From: Sphagnum compactum
Taxonomy: Eukaryota
Length of the DNA: 64,000 bases
NCBI GenBank assembly: GCA_965153455.1
Contig: OZ234494.1
Location: forward strand, 620,001 to 684,000
Direction: 5' to 3'
The notes beneath the pieces were generated by a model. It did not search any database. It was not told where the DNA came from and saw only the letters and a list, made by a program, of their open reading frames with translations. How positions within the stretch are numbered: the stretch's first letter is position 1; every line of letters starts with the position of its first letter. Shown one piece after another: positions 50,259 to 63,883 of the stretch. Made by a program: the position numbers and the translations under genes.

Positions 50259-51859
50259 CCAGGACCTTTTTGGAGGTTTCGGTTTCCCAGAATGGGCTAT
50301 ATCAGTCAGTCTACATCAGCCCAGCAATGATGATCAGTCCTTTTCTTGTTGCCGATTTATTGCCAAATTGCGAAGTGTGACAGTGACCCTTCAAAATTAA
50401 CTAAGAAGAAATTGAAAGAGCATCACCAGCGGAGAACCTTTTTCACTGATCTTGTCGCTAATATCTTATATTAGCTAATGCTATAAATATTCTTGTAGCC
50501 ATTAAGTGCACCACATTTTTTGTCTCAATCTTTCTCTTATAAAAGCACCAGTTTTGCATTAATGATTGCCATCTGTGCGATATCTACATTTCCTAAGAAA
50601 ATCGCTGGTGAGGATAGGAAGTTTTGGACGTTTACAAATTACAAGTAAGTTGCATCTCGGAACCAAAAAAATTTGGGCTGTTTATGAAGGTGTCAGTATA
50701 GATGCTGGTTCACCCATCATCATCCATGGCAAGTTGCTACATCTGAAGCAACCCCAAGATACTTGGCAGTGTGCAAAAGGTCTACCATAGTACCTTCATC
50801 ATTTTGGCATTAGTTTTTAAAAATTCGATAAATGCCCAATTTTTTCAACATTAGCTGCCCAAAGTGCTGAATTTTTTTAAAGAAAATTGCAAGTGCCAAA
50901 AGTTGAAGGGATTAGGTTTTCTTATATTAGATATGTGCTCTCTGTCTTTGTCCTGCTTCTTCTCAGCTTCTTATAAAAACATGCATGATCCTCAGTCATC
51001 TTGTCTTTTTCTCCACCCAGATACTACTACACAAATTTCATTTAGATTTTGAACCTCTTTGCTTGCAATGTTTTCCTCTTAATCAACTTTGCAATGGGTC
51101 TCTTTGTGAACATTTTTGTCCATGGTAGACCAGTAGCTAACTGATGAGCACGAAGCTCCTGCTCCTGGAACTACAAATGCAGTTTTGCTTGGTGACTGGT
51201 ACCTAATGGATATTCATGAAACTCATGTAGCTGAGCTTTGACAATCTTCCCATTTTGTTTTGCACTTGGTGAGCCTGAAGCCATTGATCCTGCATTCTAC
51301 ATTGAGAATTTAATAGAGATGGAAATGGAGGAAGGGAAGGGAGGAGGAAGAAAGGGAAGAAGAAGAGTAGTAGCTAGGAGCAAACCAAAGTCACACTAAA
51401 AAGTTGGCGATGAATTGGGAGTAGGTAGCAACAACAACAATTGGGGTCCCTAGGCCATACCTGTACACTACGTATAATCATGACTTTCATGACTAGGACA
51501 CTAAACGACTATGTCCACTATAATCATTTCTACTATGGACATGGACAAGGTTATCATGAATACGACTCTATGAACATGAATAGTAAGTGTAACCATTTTG
51601 AGTCATTTGCATGACTCCAAAACTAAGATTATGATTTCATAACTACCTAAGAATATGACTACAACACAAGGTGGTCCCCCAACAATATAAAATTAATTCA
51701 AACAACATATCTAGTATAAAATATTTGGGTATCGATTAATTACACCAAGAAAGTTTAACTAGTACATAATCTTAAGGTTTAGGGTTCCGATACTTAAATT
51801 GAAAAAACCAATGACAAAATGGGAGATTAAATATTATAATTTGAACGGGGGTTCATGCT

Positions 51860-52850
51860 TGGGATGTGAAAAGACCAAAGGGGCAATGGAGGTTCATAAT
51901 GCAAGGCTTGCTTATGTGGGCAATCCATGATTTGCTTGGACATGGACTACTTTCAAACCAAGTAACTCAGGGTTACAAAGGATGTCCAATGTGTAGGCCA
52001 AACACAACTAGTCATCATTCAAAAAGGCTTGGAAAATCTACCTATGTCCATCACCATAGGTGGTTGCAACAAAACAACTCATATCAAACAAATGTTCGTG
52101 ATTTCAATGGGAAGTCTGGAAGAAGTCTGCCCCCACCTATCATGTTAGCTTTTGATGTTCTTTTGCAAGCCAATTTGTTTGAAACTTGGAAACTAAAAGG
52201 TGGGAAGGAGGAGGACAATCCTTTTCAACAAAATGAAGTGCAAAAGTTGTTTACATGATTTACCACTTTGGCATGTTAGTTTTGTTAACCTCATTGGTCT
52301 AATTTGAATTTTTATTACATGGATGATGTCAGACCTACAAAACTTTGATTGGTCATTTTCAATATGTTTTACTATATTGATTACAATGTCCTTTTCTCAC
52401 TTGGTAATAAAGATGTCCATTATTTGAAGGGAAGATAGTTGCCCCTAAAAAAGAACATCATGACTATCATTTGATGAATTCCACAATTTTAATTAACCTA
52501 AAGGATTTGAGGTACCATTGTTGGTTTGACTTATGCCAAATGATAACATTCAAAATTTCATCAATTTTAGGGTTGCCACTCTTGGGATGGTATGATCTTT
52601 TGCCATGGCTAGTTAAAATATCTTGGGCCACTATTAATGTAGTCAATTTGAATTGTTACAGCTTGTTGCCTTAAATCTAGGATATGGGTAGTCAACATAT
52701 GTACTAGTTACACATTGTGTGCTTGTTAGGACCTTCAAATACAACACACATTCGATGTGATGCATTGTGAAAAAAATTTAACAGTGAATATATTACAAAC
52801 CATCCTTAGGGGAAAAAACAATAGAAATGTCAAAGCTGATTTGCAACAGA
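51860..52850 (+). mobile_element. CACTA/En-Spm (Transposase_21/Tnp2-like) fragment
   Basis: FIMQGLLMWAIHDLLGHGLLSNQVTQGYKGCPMC...HHRWL...FNG, then HTFDVMHCEKNLTVNILQTILR; these match recalled WTIHDFP..GY.ACP.C and DVMHIEKN motifs. Confidence 0.78.
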
Positions 52851-53025
52851 ATCCTTATATATTCTTGGCTACCTACTGGAACTTATCATTAAAATCTGGC
52901 AATTTGAATTTTCTTTTTCAAAATCTGGCAAATTCAGGCCAATTTTCAATGAAAAATCCTTTTTACAACTTGGAATCATATTTTTGAGGTTGAAATTTTG
53001 CAAAATTTAGCCCCAAAAAAACACT
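52850..53025. repeat. Short dispersed repeat family member; inverted copy at ~56075-56240, related copies at ~36835, ~41400, ~46030
   Basis: atattcttggctacctactggaacttatcattaaaatctggcaatttgaattttct matches the reverse complement agaaaattcaaattgccagattttaatgataagttccagtaggtagccaagaatat at ~56169-56224. Confidence 0.85.
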
Positions 53026-53842
53026 GAATCATCCATATTTTGAGGACAAAACGCTAGAAGTCACTACATTTAGACAGTGTGTTACTATAGGTTGCCAGAA
53101 CTAGACAGGATTCCAAAAAAAAATCTACTTGTTCACCAGGACAGTCGCCATTTACTGCTATCCTAGCCAGTGCACCTACTTGAGGAAAATATAATTGGTA
53201 GTTCTCAACTGGATATTTGAGAACTGACTTTTGTGCATAATGGATAGTTATTACCCAAAAAATAACTGGGTAAAATTGATAATGGAGGGTATTCACTTAT
53301 GAAATTGATAATTGACGAGTATATATTTTTGAATTTCTTAGCAACCTAACCAGCCAGTTATTACCAAAAACAATAATCAGCCAACACTGATTATGACCAC
53401 CACATAAACAAATACAACTCAATTGCAACATTTCCAAAAAGAGTAATCCATGGCTACCAAGGTCCAGTTGCAATTTGGGTCTAAATAAGAACCCATAAGG
53501 CTACATGGTTTAGGATTAGCCTTTTTTTTCTTTTCTAGCACACTGGAGCAAAATTGCACCCAAAAAAGTTAAATGAAAACAATATTGTTTTGTAGATTCT
53601 TGAAATTTTCGCCAAATTTGATTACACCCCATAAAAGAGTTCACCATATGTAGACAGGTTCTTAATTTTAAATCAGGTTTTACGGATGATGCCAAATACT
53701 CTTTCAGATGATGGCCATTAGTGCTCCATCACCAAAATGAGGGGAAAAAAAAGGGCAGGTGAGGATCCTAGAACCTACCAATCATGGACTCTGCGAAATT
53801 TGAGCAGGAATTGCCCAAGAACTTGGAACCCCTGGACACTGA

Positions 53843-54010
53843 CAAGTATCTGGCTTTTCATACAGCACTGCAAACTGGCTCATTTCCAAGTGCTGGCAAA
53901 CCACTTGCAATCGCCTCACACACTTCAAGTATCTGGGTTTTCATACAGCACTGCAAACTGGCTCATTTCCAAGTGCTGGCAAACCACTTGCAATCGCCTC
54001 ACACACTTCA
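53843..54010. repeat. Near-perfect tandem duplication (~84 bp)
   Basis: aagtatctgg.ttttcatacagcactgcaaactggctcatttccaagtgctggcaaaccacttgcaatcgcctcacacacttca occurs twice. Confidence 0.9.
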
Positions 54011-55482
54011 CCAACTTCTTGAATGTGCACAGTACATAACTGGGATGTACCTGGACCCTCGTCTAAAGTGGGCCTTAGTTATCATTTGTCAGAGAAAGGA
54101 GGTTGGTTGCAAAGGCTACACAGCTAGCGTTGCCCATCCCTGGGCCCTGGCAGATTACCACCAATTTTCATTAAAGCCCATGGAAATTCCATACGTCTCC
54201 GTGTTGTACAACCAGTTGAAAACTTACCACCTCGCACTAATACCATTCAATTTGGGAGCAACCTTTAAAAAAAGAAATAATACCTACCCACCCAGATGCC
54301 TGCACTGACTTCAAGCTCCAGTGCCAGTTTAGGCCTGAAAACAAAACTCTGTCCCACAGTTTGTGCCCCTCCTGTTAGCCTAGCTCAAAAAATGGTAGAG
54401 GCCATAGGTAGGCATACGAATTCTTAGCAGCCAATGAGGTGAGCCACCATGCATCCTAGGTGCCCAATTATTTTTGGAATATGTTGAGAACCCATTGGGA
54501 ACTTTTATGGGAACACATTGAGAACCAAAAAACTTCAAAAAATCCAACACGCTCCCCAAAAGACGAGCACCTTTTGAGTGCAACTACGCTTGTCTCCCAC
54601 TTCACCAACTTCATTAATGTGCATGGTAATGAACTGTCCCCCTCTGCTACAATTCAGGATATGGAGTGTTCCAATCCACTAGTGTGTGTGAATGAGTGAT
54701 TGTCTGAACTAATATAATAATTAGAGTTTGTCAGAGGAAGGAGGTCAGTTTCAAACGGCAAGCAACTTGCCTTGCACATCCTTCAGCCCGGGACCTGGTA
54801 CTTCACCCATTTTCTCCAGGGCACCCCATACCGCTTAGACACAGTTTTCTTCCAACTGGGGAGTGGTGGACAGGCTACTTAGGAGGTGTAGTAGGGTTTT
54901 GTGGATTTTTGTTGTTTCCATCAAGTTTTCACTTTGTTCTCATCAAGTTCGCAATGGGTTCCCCGATGTGTTCCAAGTCGGACCTCACTTTATCCTATAT
55001 GCTTTGCCTTGCCCAACTTCATCCTTTTTGACGGGCCTGTGTGCCCCTGGCCTTTTGGCTTTTCTCTAACTTCATCCTTTTGGAACTGGGGGCAAACATT
55101 GAAATTTATTATATGTTTGAAGTGAATATGTACATCACAAACAGGTTTAGGATCGAAACTATATATGATTATTACATAACTATGAAATCTACATTCTTGG
55201 TTGCAAAATTATTTTTTCACCCTTCTATTGACTATGCAAGCCTCACTATTTTTCTACCATGAACTAAACACAAACAACACCAAAATCATTCAAAACCAAA
55301 AGTCTTTCAAAATCAAAACTTCAATTTTCACAAATTTTGCATTCATACCATAACTTCGTACAAATGAAGGTGTTTCCCAAGGTCACAAACACCCCCTTAA
55401 ATACTAACCAAAAAGAAACAAATCAAGAAACTTCCTAAAGCTTATCCACCACAAGGTTCCCCAAATAATCAAAAAGAAACAT

Positions 55483-55640
55483 AATCAAATGGTTCCCCAT
55501 GAGATTTCACAATTAATCACAAGGAAACAATATCACATGGTTCCCCATGTGATTTCACAATTAATCACAAGGGACAACATCACATGGTTCCCCATATGAT
55601 TCCACAATTAATCACAAGGGACAACATCACATGGTGCACA
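55483..55640. repeat. Tandem repeat, ~47 bp unit, ~3.5 copies
   Basis: atcacatggttccccatgtgatttcacaattaatcacaagggacaac repeated. Confidence 0.88.
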
Positions 55641-56739
55641 TGACATAAGTCATAAATAAAACAGTCACCATTTACTGCTAACTAATGTTAGGATCCTAGC
55701 TAGTGCACCTACTTGAGGAATTTTAACAAAAAACCCCAGCTTTGGACTAGCAAAATAAAACTGCGACCATTCAGTCCAGCCTTATTAGGATTTTACAAAA
55801 ACAAAATTACTATAAGAAATAAATGCTATTAACATTATTGACCACTTCAGATTTGTAGTACAGGTATGTAAATGTCAGAGAAAGACAAAATAACCCTGAC
55901 AAGTGGACCAATTTGTTCCACCTTGACGTTTAGTGGATAAAGTAACAAGTGGGTCGCGACTCGGTAGCACTGATTTTTTAGGAGAGTTTAGGCCATTTTG
56001 TTAAAAATATGAAGGGTTTTTTACTTTTATAGTTTGAATATTGTCAAATTTGGATATATTTATGGATGATTCAGTGTTTTTTATGAGGCGAAATTTCGCA
56101 AAATTTCAACAAGTTGTACAAAGGATTTTCCATTGAAAAATTGGCCTGAATTGGCCAGATTTTGAAGAAGAAAATTCAAATTGCCAGATTTTAATGATAA
56201 GTTCCAGTAGGTAGCCAAGAATATACAAGGATTCTGGTTTTTTCCCTACTTTCATATCTAGCATGTAGCCAAATCTGGCCTAATCATCTTATGGATTATT
56301 GTCACTTCAGCTAGATCACAAAATTGGGGAAAAGAAAACCCTGGGATGATTGTCGGTTGAGCAATAGCACAAAATTGAAAAAAATAGAAACACTGGTTAG
56401 GACTTAGGACTCAGTAATAATGTACAATAGAACAGAAAATATTTTTATCAAAACATCATAAAAATAAGAATACAAATAAATATTGACCATATTGGATGTG
56501 GAGTGGATTCAAACAGACAAGTGGGTCAGAAAAAATATAATCTAAAATTTACACTGAAGATTAGTATTGTGCAATACAAGCTGGGCAGGCAGTCACGCAG
56601 GCAGGTAATAAGCGAGGTTACAGATTTGAAAAGGCAGGGATTGTGTTATGATATTCTTTAACCGACTCCCTTGTGTTGTGCAGAATCTGCCTGAAATTTG
56701 CCCAGGGCCATTCTAGGAAATAGAAAAGACTAGTAAAAG

Positions 56740-57273
56740 ATCAGTTCCGCATCCTCACGAGGATAACCCCACCAAGGAACGACCAGCGATGTCTTCGGAA
56801 GCCGGAAGCGGGTAGTCGTGGTGGTTCCAGTACACCCTCGCTTGGTATCAACCTGCCCGTATCTAATACGCGGCTGGATTGCAACGCAATTCTTTACTTT
56901 GATATGTAAACGCTCTACTCGAGTCCTTCTTACGTTTTATATCATTAATTATATCGTCCGTATATAAGATGCTCATGTCAGCAAACAATCGGGAAGGGGG
57001 GGACGCCTAGGGAATAAGAGACGAAGAAGAATTGGAGAGATCTATCTATCACATAAGGGTGAACTTGAGTTGCTTGAATTTGTTGTGCAGTGTACAACGC
57101 CTCTTGAGACGGTAGTTTGAAGGACCTGATCATGGTGTTATAATCGAGCTCATGTTGGGTAGCCGATTGTTATATTACTGATTTTGTCTTGAGCACTGAC
57201 TGACTGACTTCTACTAGATATCCAACACTTTGGAATTTTCGAAAAGAAACAAAGGGGAATTTAATCGAGCACC
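56740..57273 (+). promoter_or_regulatory. CpG-rich putative promoter/5' UTR of the LRR-RLK
   Basis: Local CpG enrichment and a tatataag TATA-like element at ~56962, ~310 bp before the ATG. Confidence 0.45.
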
Positions 57274-60200
57274 ATGAGTATCCGAGTCATGAAGTTTGTT
57301 CTTTTTGCACTTGTATTGCTTTCCAGCGCTATCTCCAGCAATTGTGAAGTTATCACAATCATTTACCAGGAAACCGAATGTAAGATTCTCATCAAGCTAA
57401 TTATGCAGCCTACGTGAATTACTTTCAAGATATATACATACTGCAGCAGCTCATTTTTTCAATTGTAAGAATGTGATGGTGACTCCAGTCCAAGAATTTG
57501 TAGATTTGGAAAAAAAAATTCGAGGTGTTGAAGAATACTTCATACATGTGCATAATGTTGTACCGTGTCTTCTGCTGTAGTGAATGCGTTGCGAGCCATT
57601 TTCGGAGATTGGAACCAGACTCCCAACATCGCTATAAACTTGCCTGGCTGGACTTCCAATACGAGTATCCTTCCTTGCTTCTCTGATGCTTGGAAAGGAG
57701 TACTTTGCGTGCGATATCCTGTCGTCAACTCTACCAACCAAGTTAGTATTGTTGTTGGCTTGTAAGACTTCCTACTACCTACTACAACATCGTAAAGAAG
57801 TTTTCAAATTTTCTCCTTGCATTTACAATGACCTTCCTAGTCAGAATGTCTCTTCAAAAATAATAGAACTGAACCTTCCATTTGCTAAAGATCCTAATTT
57901 GATTCGGAAAGGAACTTCCACTTTTGTAAGTTCCCAAAATATTGTTTTCGGGCTCTTCTTCGGTTTCCCTCCCAGTCTCATTGGGCCCTCAAACTCAAGC
58001 AGAGCCTTAAAAGATGTTCCTTACAATAGGGAAAAGAACTTTCCAAATTTGGGAGCCTTACAAAAGTCGAAGCTCCTTTCCTAATCGAATAAAGTACATC
58101 TCTTGTTGTGTAAGTCCATGTTTTGACATGATTCTCAATCCAGTTTAAGTACATCCCTTCTTGGGTTTTTTGCAAAATGGATTGCAAAACATGTCAAAAC
58201 ATATAGGGTAAACATACCCCCCACCCAACACTTTTGCAGATCTTTCTCAATTCTTCTCCATTTTGAGTGATTTAAAATGTTATAGGAGCATCTTCTCAAG
58301 CTCTACAAATCATCTGGGGAATACAAAGCCAAAGGAGCAGCCAAACAAGAGCAGTATTTTTTCGAATTGCAAAACGCGCTTTTTTCATTTTTTTTCATTT
58401 TGACCCCTCCTACTTCATCAGTGCATAACTTTCTCATTTTTTGTTCAAATTGAGCGATTTAAACTGCTCTGAAATCGCCACCTTAAGCTCTACAAATCAA
58501 CTTGTAACTCTAAACGCAACAGAGTAATAAACCCTAAGCCTACTTACTGGATTGACACAAACAGGAGTAGTGTGATATATTATTCAATGGTACAAAGCAA
58601 GCATGCTACAAAAATCTCTTGGGGTTAGACTACAAGTCTTTCAGGGCTAGTTTAAGTTCTAACAATTATATGAGGGTGGTGGTGGATGGGCAGAATTTTG
58701 GATGATGCTTCTATAGTGGGCACTTTGCCACCAGCGATAGGAGACCTGACAAATCTTGTCATCTTGTAAGTTTGTGAAGATAGTTGAAATCATGTGCACT
58801 GAAGATATTTTAGAAATGCAAATGCAAATTCTATAATAATTAAAATGTTTACAACTAGACTAATAATTGGCCAACACAGGAAGACAAACGATGGGTATAG
58901 AAAGTCATCAAGAAACCTCTGGGGTACTTCTCTCTGAAAAGTGTGTAAAAGAGCTGCATTTTGTGTCCTTTAGCTGTTGGAGTTCATATTTTAGAAATGA
59001 ACCATCCAAATTTCTTTTGACAAATTTATGTGACATGAATGTTTTTTGCAGGAGTTTGACAAGCAACCCAGGGCTTACTGGTCCCATTCCTGCAGAGATT
59101 AATTACTTGGGATCTTTGGAGATTCTGTAAGAAAATCTTATCAAACATTCCACAACACTTTGTTGAAAATGCATGTTACATCTGCATAGGCTAGGATTAA
59201 CATTGACATTAATATCCTTTGTTTCTACTTGTTTGACAATAGTGTCATCTATTGCATGAACATAATTTCTTAATTTTAAAGTACTAAAACAGAATGAATT
59301 TTGTGCACATCAATGATTGATAGTTTCTACTTTTTTCCTCCAGAGATCTACATGATAACAATTTCAATGGAACCATTCCGGCAATCACAAACCTTTGGGG
59401 CCTGCAAGAGTTGTAAGTCTAAATTTCCGTTGCAATAAACCATTTGCCAGTGTGTGATGTTTGCGAGACCTAATCACAATAACCTTGTAGTCAGGTACCA
59501 ATATTAACCGCTTATTGCTGTGTTTAGGGTTTGGGGGCCCTTTCTAAACCCCAGACCCTAGACATGGAAATGCTGAGCCCTAAACCAACAATAGTGGGTA
59601 ATGGCCAAAACATAATTCAGGGAAAATTGTATTTAGATGAAAGGGCAAGAATATCGTCTTACAACATACAATAACATAATCAGATGGAATATGATGTTTT
59701 GGGCATGGATGTAAAGCTACAAACAATGTAAGAAATTGCAGCTACATGATATTTGAAATGTTCACTTTCTTGTATCTAACTTTGTGATATATCTGCATGA
59801 TTACTGTCCCTTTCCACATTGAGAGAGTGAAGAGATTGAACTAATTCATTTTTGCTCATATTTCAGAGACTTGAGTGGGAATCAATTGAGTGGGCCGATC
59901 CCCAACTTTGGTAGCATGCAATGGTTGCAAACCATTAAACTGTCCGGGAATCAATTATATGGGCCAAGTCCAGTATTTCTTGATAGCAGCTCAATAGGTC
60001 TTGCGAACCTAACACATCTAACAACCTTGTAAGATGAAGTTTCACCAACCAAGTAAATAAATGAGATTACCATTTTTCTTGGTGTATGTGGTCTTGTTTC
60101 AGATTTTAATATTTGGCCTCAAGTTTACCAGGTGTAATTCCATAGTGAATGTGTATTGAGTGATTTCTTGCAACTTTCAATGTACTTAAAATCAAGTCTT

Positions 60201-60922
60201 GTTGGAATGCCCATTGCTAAATTACAATATATTTGTTGAAGGTGTACATATATTTGGATTCTAAGCATTCATCTTTGTCATGTAGGGATCTGTCAAATAA
60301 TCTTATGTTGTCTGGATCCCCACCTAACCTTACAACAATGCCCACGCTTCAATATTTGTGAGTGACTATTTCTTGAACTATAAAATATTGTAACATTTTG
60401 GAAATTTCCTTTTCTTTTGGGCTGCATCCTTGGTTATCTTTTCAAACAAATCATGCAACGTCTTAAGATTGGACATTAAATTAGAATGCTCAAATCAGGT
60501 GGGTATTTGTTCATGTGTGTGTGTATCCGTATGTAACACTACATATATAAGTATTTTTGCTATTTATAATTATAAACCTTATCTAAAGGGCAAAGAAATT
60601 GCAAATTTGCTAAAGATGGCAAGACATATGTTAATGGGAATGGCAAATGATTAAAATGGTTGAAGTTTTCCCAATTTATCATGCCATTTAAATCTTGGAA
60701 TTGTGATAGGACAATTTATGGCAAGAGTATTGTTAGTGTTTTGTATGTTCTTAATCTGTTATGGCTCTTAGATGGTTGTAGCTTGAAAATATTTGATTGG
60801 TCACATGTGTATGCATTCTTTTTAAAGAACTAATTTTGAAGATATGGAACATCAGAATTCTTGTGGGATAACATGTTCTTCATCTCAATTAACCTGCAAC
60901 CAAAAACCACACATACATGTTA

Positions 60923-60954
<32 letters not shown>

Positions 60955-63883
60955 CGTGATTAAATAGTCTTTTGATTTAGGTTTCTATGTGGGACATGAA
61001 TTTGGTTAGATGCATTTTTTGAATTTGACCAGATTGTCCAATTGAGAAGATAGGTTTCTTACTACTTTTTAAATCTTCCTACTTCTCTCGAATGTTGTTA
61101 AATCATTTGATCTAATTGTGTATTGGAAATGCAAATTATTTTTCAGGAATTTAAGTATGAACAAGTTTGGTGGTCCTATAGATCCTGCATCAATCTTCAA
61201 TCCAACTTCGAACTTGAAAGTGTTAGATTTATCACAAAACAATTTTAGTGGCCCCCTGCCCAACATCAGTTTATTCTCAACTTCTTTACAACAATTGTGA
61301 GTTCACATTGCTTGCTCCTCACTGGTCATTTGAAGTTGATATTTCAATAGAGTTTGTATGAAAACCATTAATTAATGTATCCATATGAAATCCAAAATTT
61401 TAACAGATTTGTCTTCATGTGTTACATTAGGGATTTGAGTTATAATCGGTTCAATTCACCACAAGTTCCTACTTGGCTTTTTGGATTCAATCAACTACAA
61501 ACATTGTAAGTACATGCTTTTCCCAAGCCTTTTTGTTTCTATGAATATGATGAACTAACCCTTATGACAAATGACTTTTTTTATTCTATGTACCTAAAAA
61601 CTTCTCCAACAAGATCAAATTTAGATTATTAGTTGTTGATTTTGCTTTTGAGATAGTAAATGGGCATTAATGATATAACAATCTCACATCATTTGAGAGG
61701 GTGGTAATGGTTTGTGATTTGGTTTCAGACGATATATATGATTTGATCATTGTGTAGTTGTGTTTTAAGTGTCATAATTATTGGTTGACATTGTTCTGTA
61801 AATAGAATTTAAATCTATTGACAATGTTGTTTTTTAGCTTTTAAGGTTGAATTGAACATTGTTGTTTGATATTTGCCACATCATTTGGTCTCATATTTAA
61901 CATAAACTAAAATATGAAGGTTACGAATATTGTTATATTTGCAGAGCACTAAGTGGATGTGGTTTAATTGGTTCATTTCCATATCAATTAGCAAATTCCC
62001 TTCCACAATTACAAACCATGTAAGAAGTTTACCTTGGTTCAAGTTGATGGACATGTGTGTATGTAGTTTCAAGAATCAAAGATTGAATTTATAAACCACA
62101 CCCTTATTATTTCAATTTTCTTGATTTAAATGTGTAGGTTACAAAAAAACAACTTTTATTTTTTTGGGGTTTATATTTCATGATTCACCTTAATATATAT
62201 TATGTTATAGTTTACCATTTTAAATATAAAACAAAAGGATTCATAATCCTTTCAACCAATTTTGACCTAAATATGGTTTCTAACAATTACTTGAACAAGT
62301 ACCTTTTTTTTATAAAATTTGAGTTGGTTATAATAAGTAGTGTGTAGTGTGATTAATAGGATGATTTGAATCACAACCACTTTTTAAATAACCAAAAGTT
62401 TACATTGTTAGGGCTATTGGCTCAAAACCTATTTAATGCAATTTCTTTCTCTAATTATTTCTTTCAGGAATCTTGACAACAACAACTTCAATGGGACCTT
62501 ATACATAGGAAACATTTCAAGCTTAAGTAGGAAGTTGACCAATGGCAATATTGCTGGGCATTTACAATCCTTAAATCTTACAAAAACAGATATTTCATAT
62601 GTTGATTACAATTCATCCGACATCATAGATGTGACTACTACTATCATGTAAGTAGATATTTTGATCATTTCCAAAAGTAACCAACATAAATTGTGCATGT
62701 CATTTTAATTTCTAATTTATTAATCTAAATACTAAATGTTAAGTAGGCTATATACATGTATGAACATACTATAATGAAAAAATATGAAATTATGTATTCG
62801 CATGTAATTTTATCTTTTTGAACTTGAATGAAATCTTAAAATGAGAGAAGTTAACATTGTAAAACATCTATGCAATTCATGTCACTTAATATCAAGTGAT
62901 TGTTATTTTGTTTGCAGACTTGAAAACAGTACATATTGTCTAGAATCATCATTGCAAACAAATGGGCAAAGATGTTATTGTGCGCAAAATTGTTTTGTTA
63001 TACCTGGTTAGTACCTATGTTGGATAAAACTCTATTATATATAAATTATTTTCCATTGTATATTTAATTAATAATAAATACAATGGTTTTTTTTTATAGA
63101 TGTAGTGGATTTATGTATAGATCAATATGTTGTTATACATATTTTTACAATAAATATTATTCAATTCCAAAATGTTTTAATGAAACCATTGATCATACTT
63201 ATATTAGCAAAAATAGTTCACTTCAAAAAATAAAGTAGGAATGTAAGTGATTAAGGTTTTAAATAGTTTCTACGGAGATTAGATTTTATGAAACTTTTGT
63301 TAATTGTCAAAATTCATACATATGTGTGGTTTTGTTTTCTTATAGACACAAGTAACAACAATACTCGAAAGGTGATTATAATTTCAACAATTGTAAGTGG
63401 AATTGTCCTAGCACTTGTCATTGCCATCACCACTTGCTTGTTTTGGAGGAGTAGACAAAGACAACGATACCTACTACTTCAACTTCACGAAAGTAAGTGA
63501 ATTTGCGTGCAAACTTATCTTTTGTTCACACTGATTTTTTCACTTATATTAATGACTTCATAAAAACTAGAAACATCACCTAAATCACAAAGTGTTTATT
63601 AGTTTCATGGGACCTAATTTTGATGAACATATATGTCCAAATTTAATATTATTGTTAAATGATCTTGTCTTTTGTTCATTTTTGGGCATATTGACAAAGA
63701 ATATATGACACATGACTTCATGAATTTAAATTATTTTTTTGTTAAATCATTTGGCATTTTATAGGATTTGCACAACATGAAGTTCAACCTACAATCTTTG
63801 GATATGCTGAACTCAAGGTTGCTACAAGAGATTTTCATCCAACTATGAAGTTAGGTGAAGGGAGCTTTGGTGTTGTTTATAAG
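57274..63883 (+). CDS. LRR receptor-like Ser/Thr kinase, LRR-VIII-like; kinase domain continues beyond the window
   Basis: Exons 57274-57379 (signal peptide MSIRVMKFVLFALVLLSSAISS), 57581-57761 (LRRNT, PC...WKGVLC), then LRR exons 58694-58765, 59052-59126, 59344-59412, 59867-60028, 60286-60357, 61147-61296, 61431-61505, 61945-62019, 62468-62647. These are followed by 62918-63006 (Cys-rich cap), 63346-63492 (TM VIIISTIVSGIVLALVIAITTCLFW-RSRQR) and 63765-63883 (FGYAELKVATRDFHPTMKLGEGSFGVVYK). All GT-AG, frame open throughout. Confidence 0.93.
57897..58090. mobile_element. Small MITE/foldback (~195 bp) in intron 2 of the LRR-RLK
   Basis: ~42-bp imperfect inverted repeats atttgattcggaaaggaacttccacttttgtaagttcccaaa / tttgggagccttacaaaagtcgaagctcctttcctaatcgaat. 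Confidence 0.7.
60926..60954. repeat. (AT)n microsatellite in an LRR-RLK intron
   Basis: atatatatatatatatatatatatatata. Confidence 0.95.

Noticed and set aside
51050-51290. Minus-strand gene-like stretch MASGSPSAKQNGKIVK... with an internal stop
   Set aside because: No recognisable homology, so it cannot be supported as a gene or pseudogene
53784-54308. 174-aa ORF
   Set aside because: Partly produced by an ~84-bp tandem duplication; no domain signature
56740-56900. GC-rich segment considered as a structured ncRNA
   Set aside because: No tRNA, snRNA or snoRNA motifs recognised; better explained as the RLK promoter
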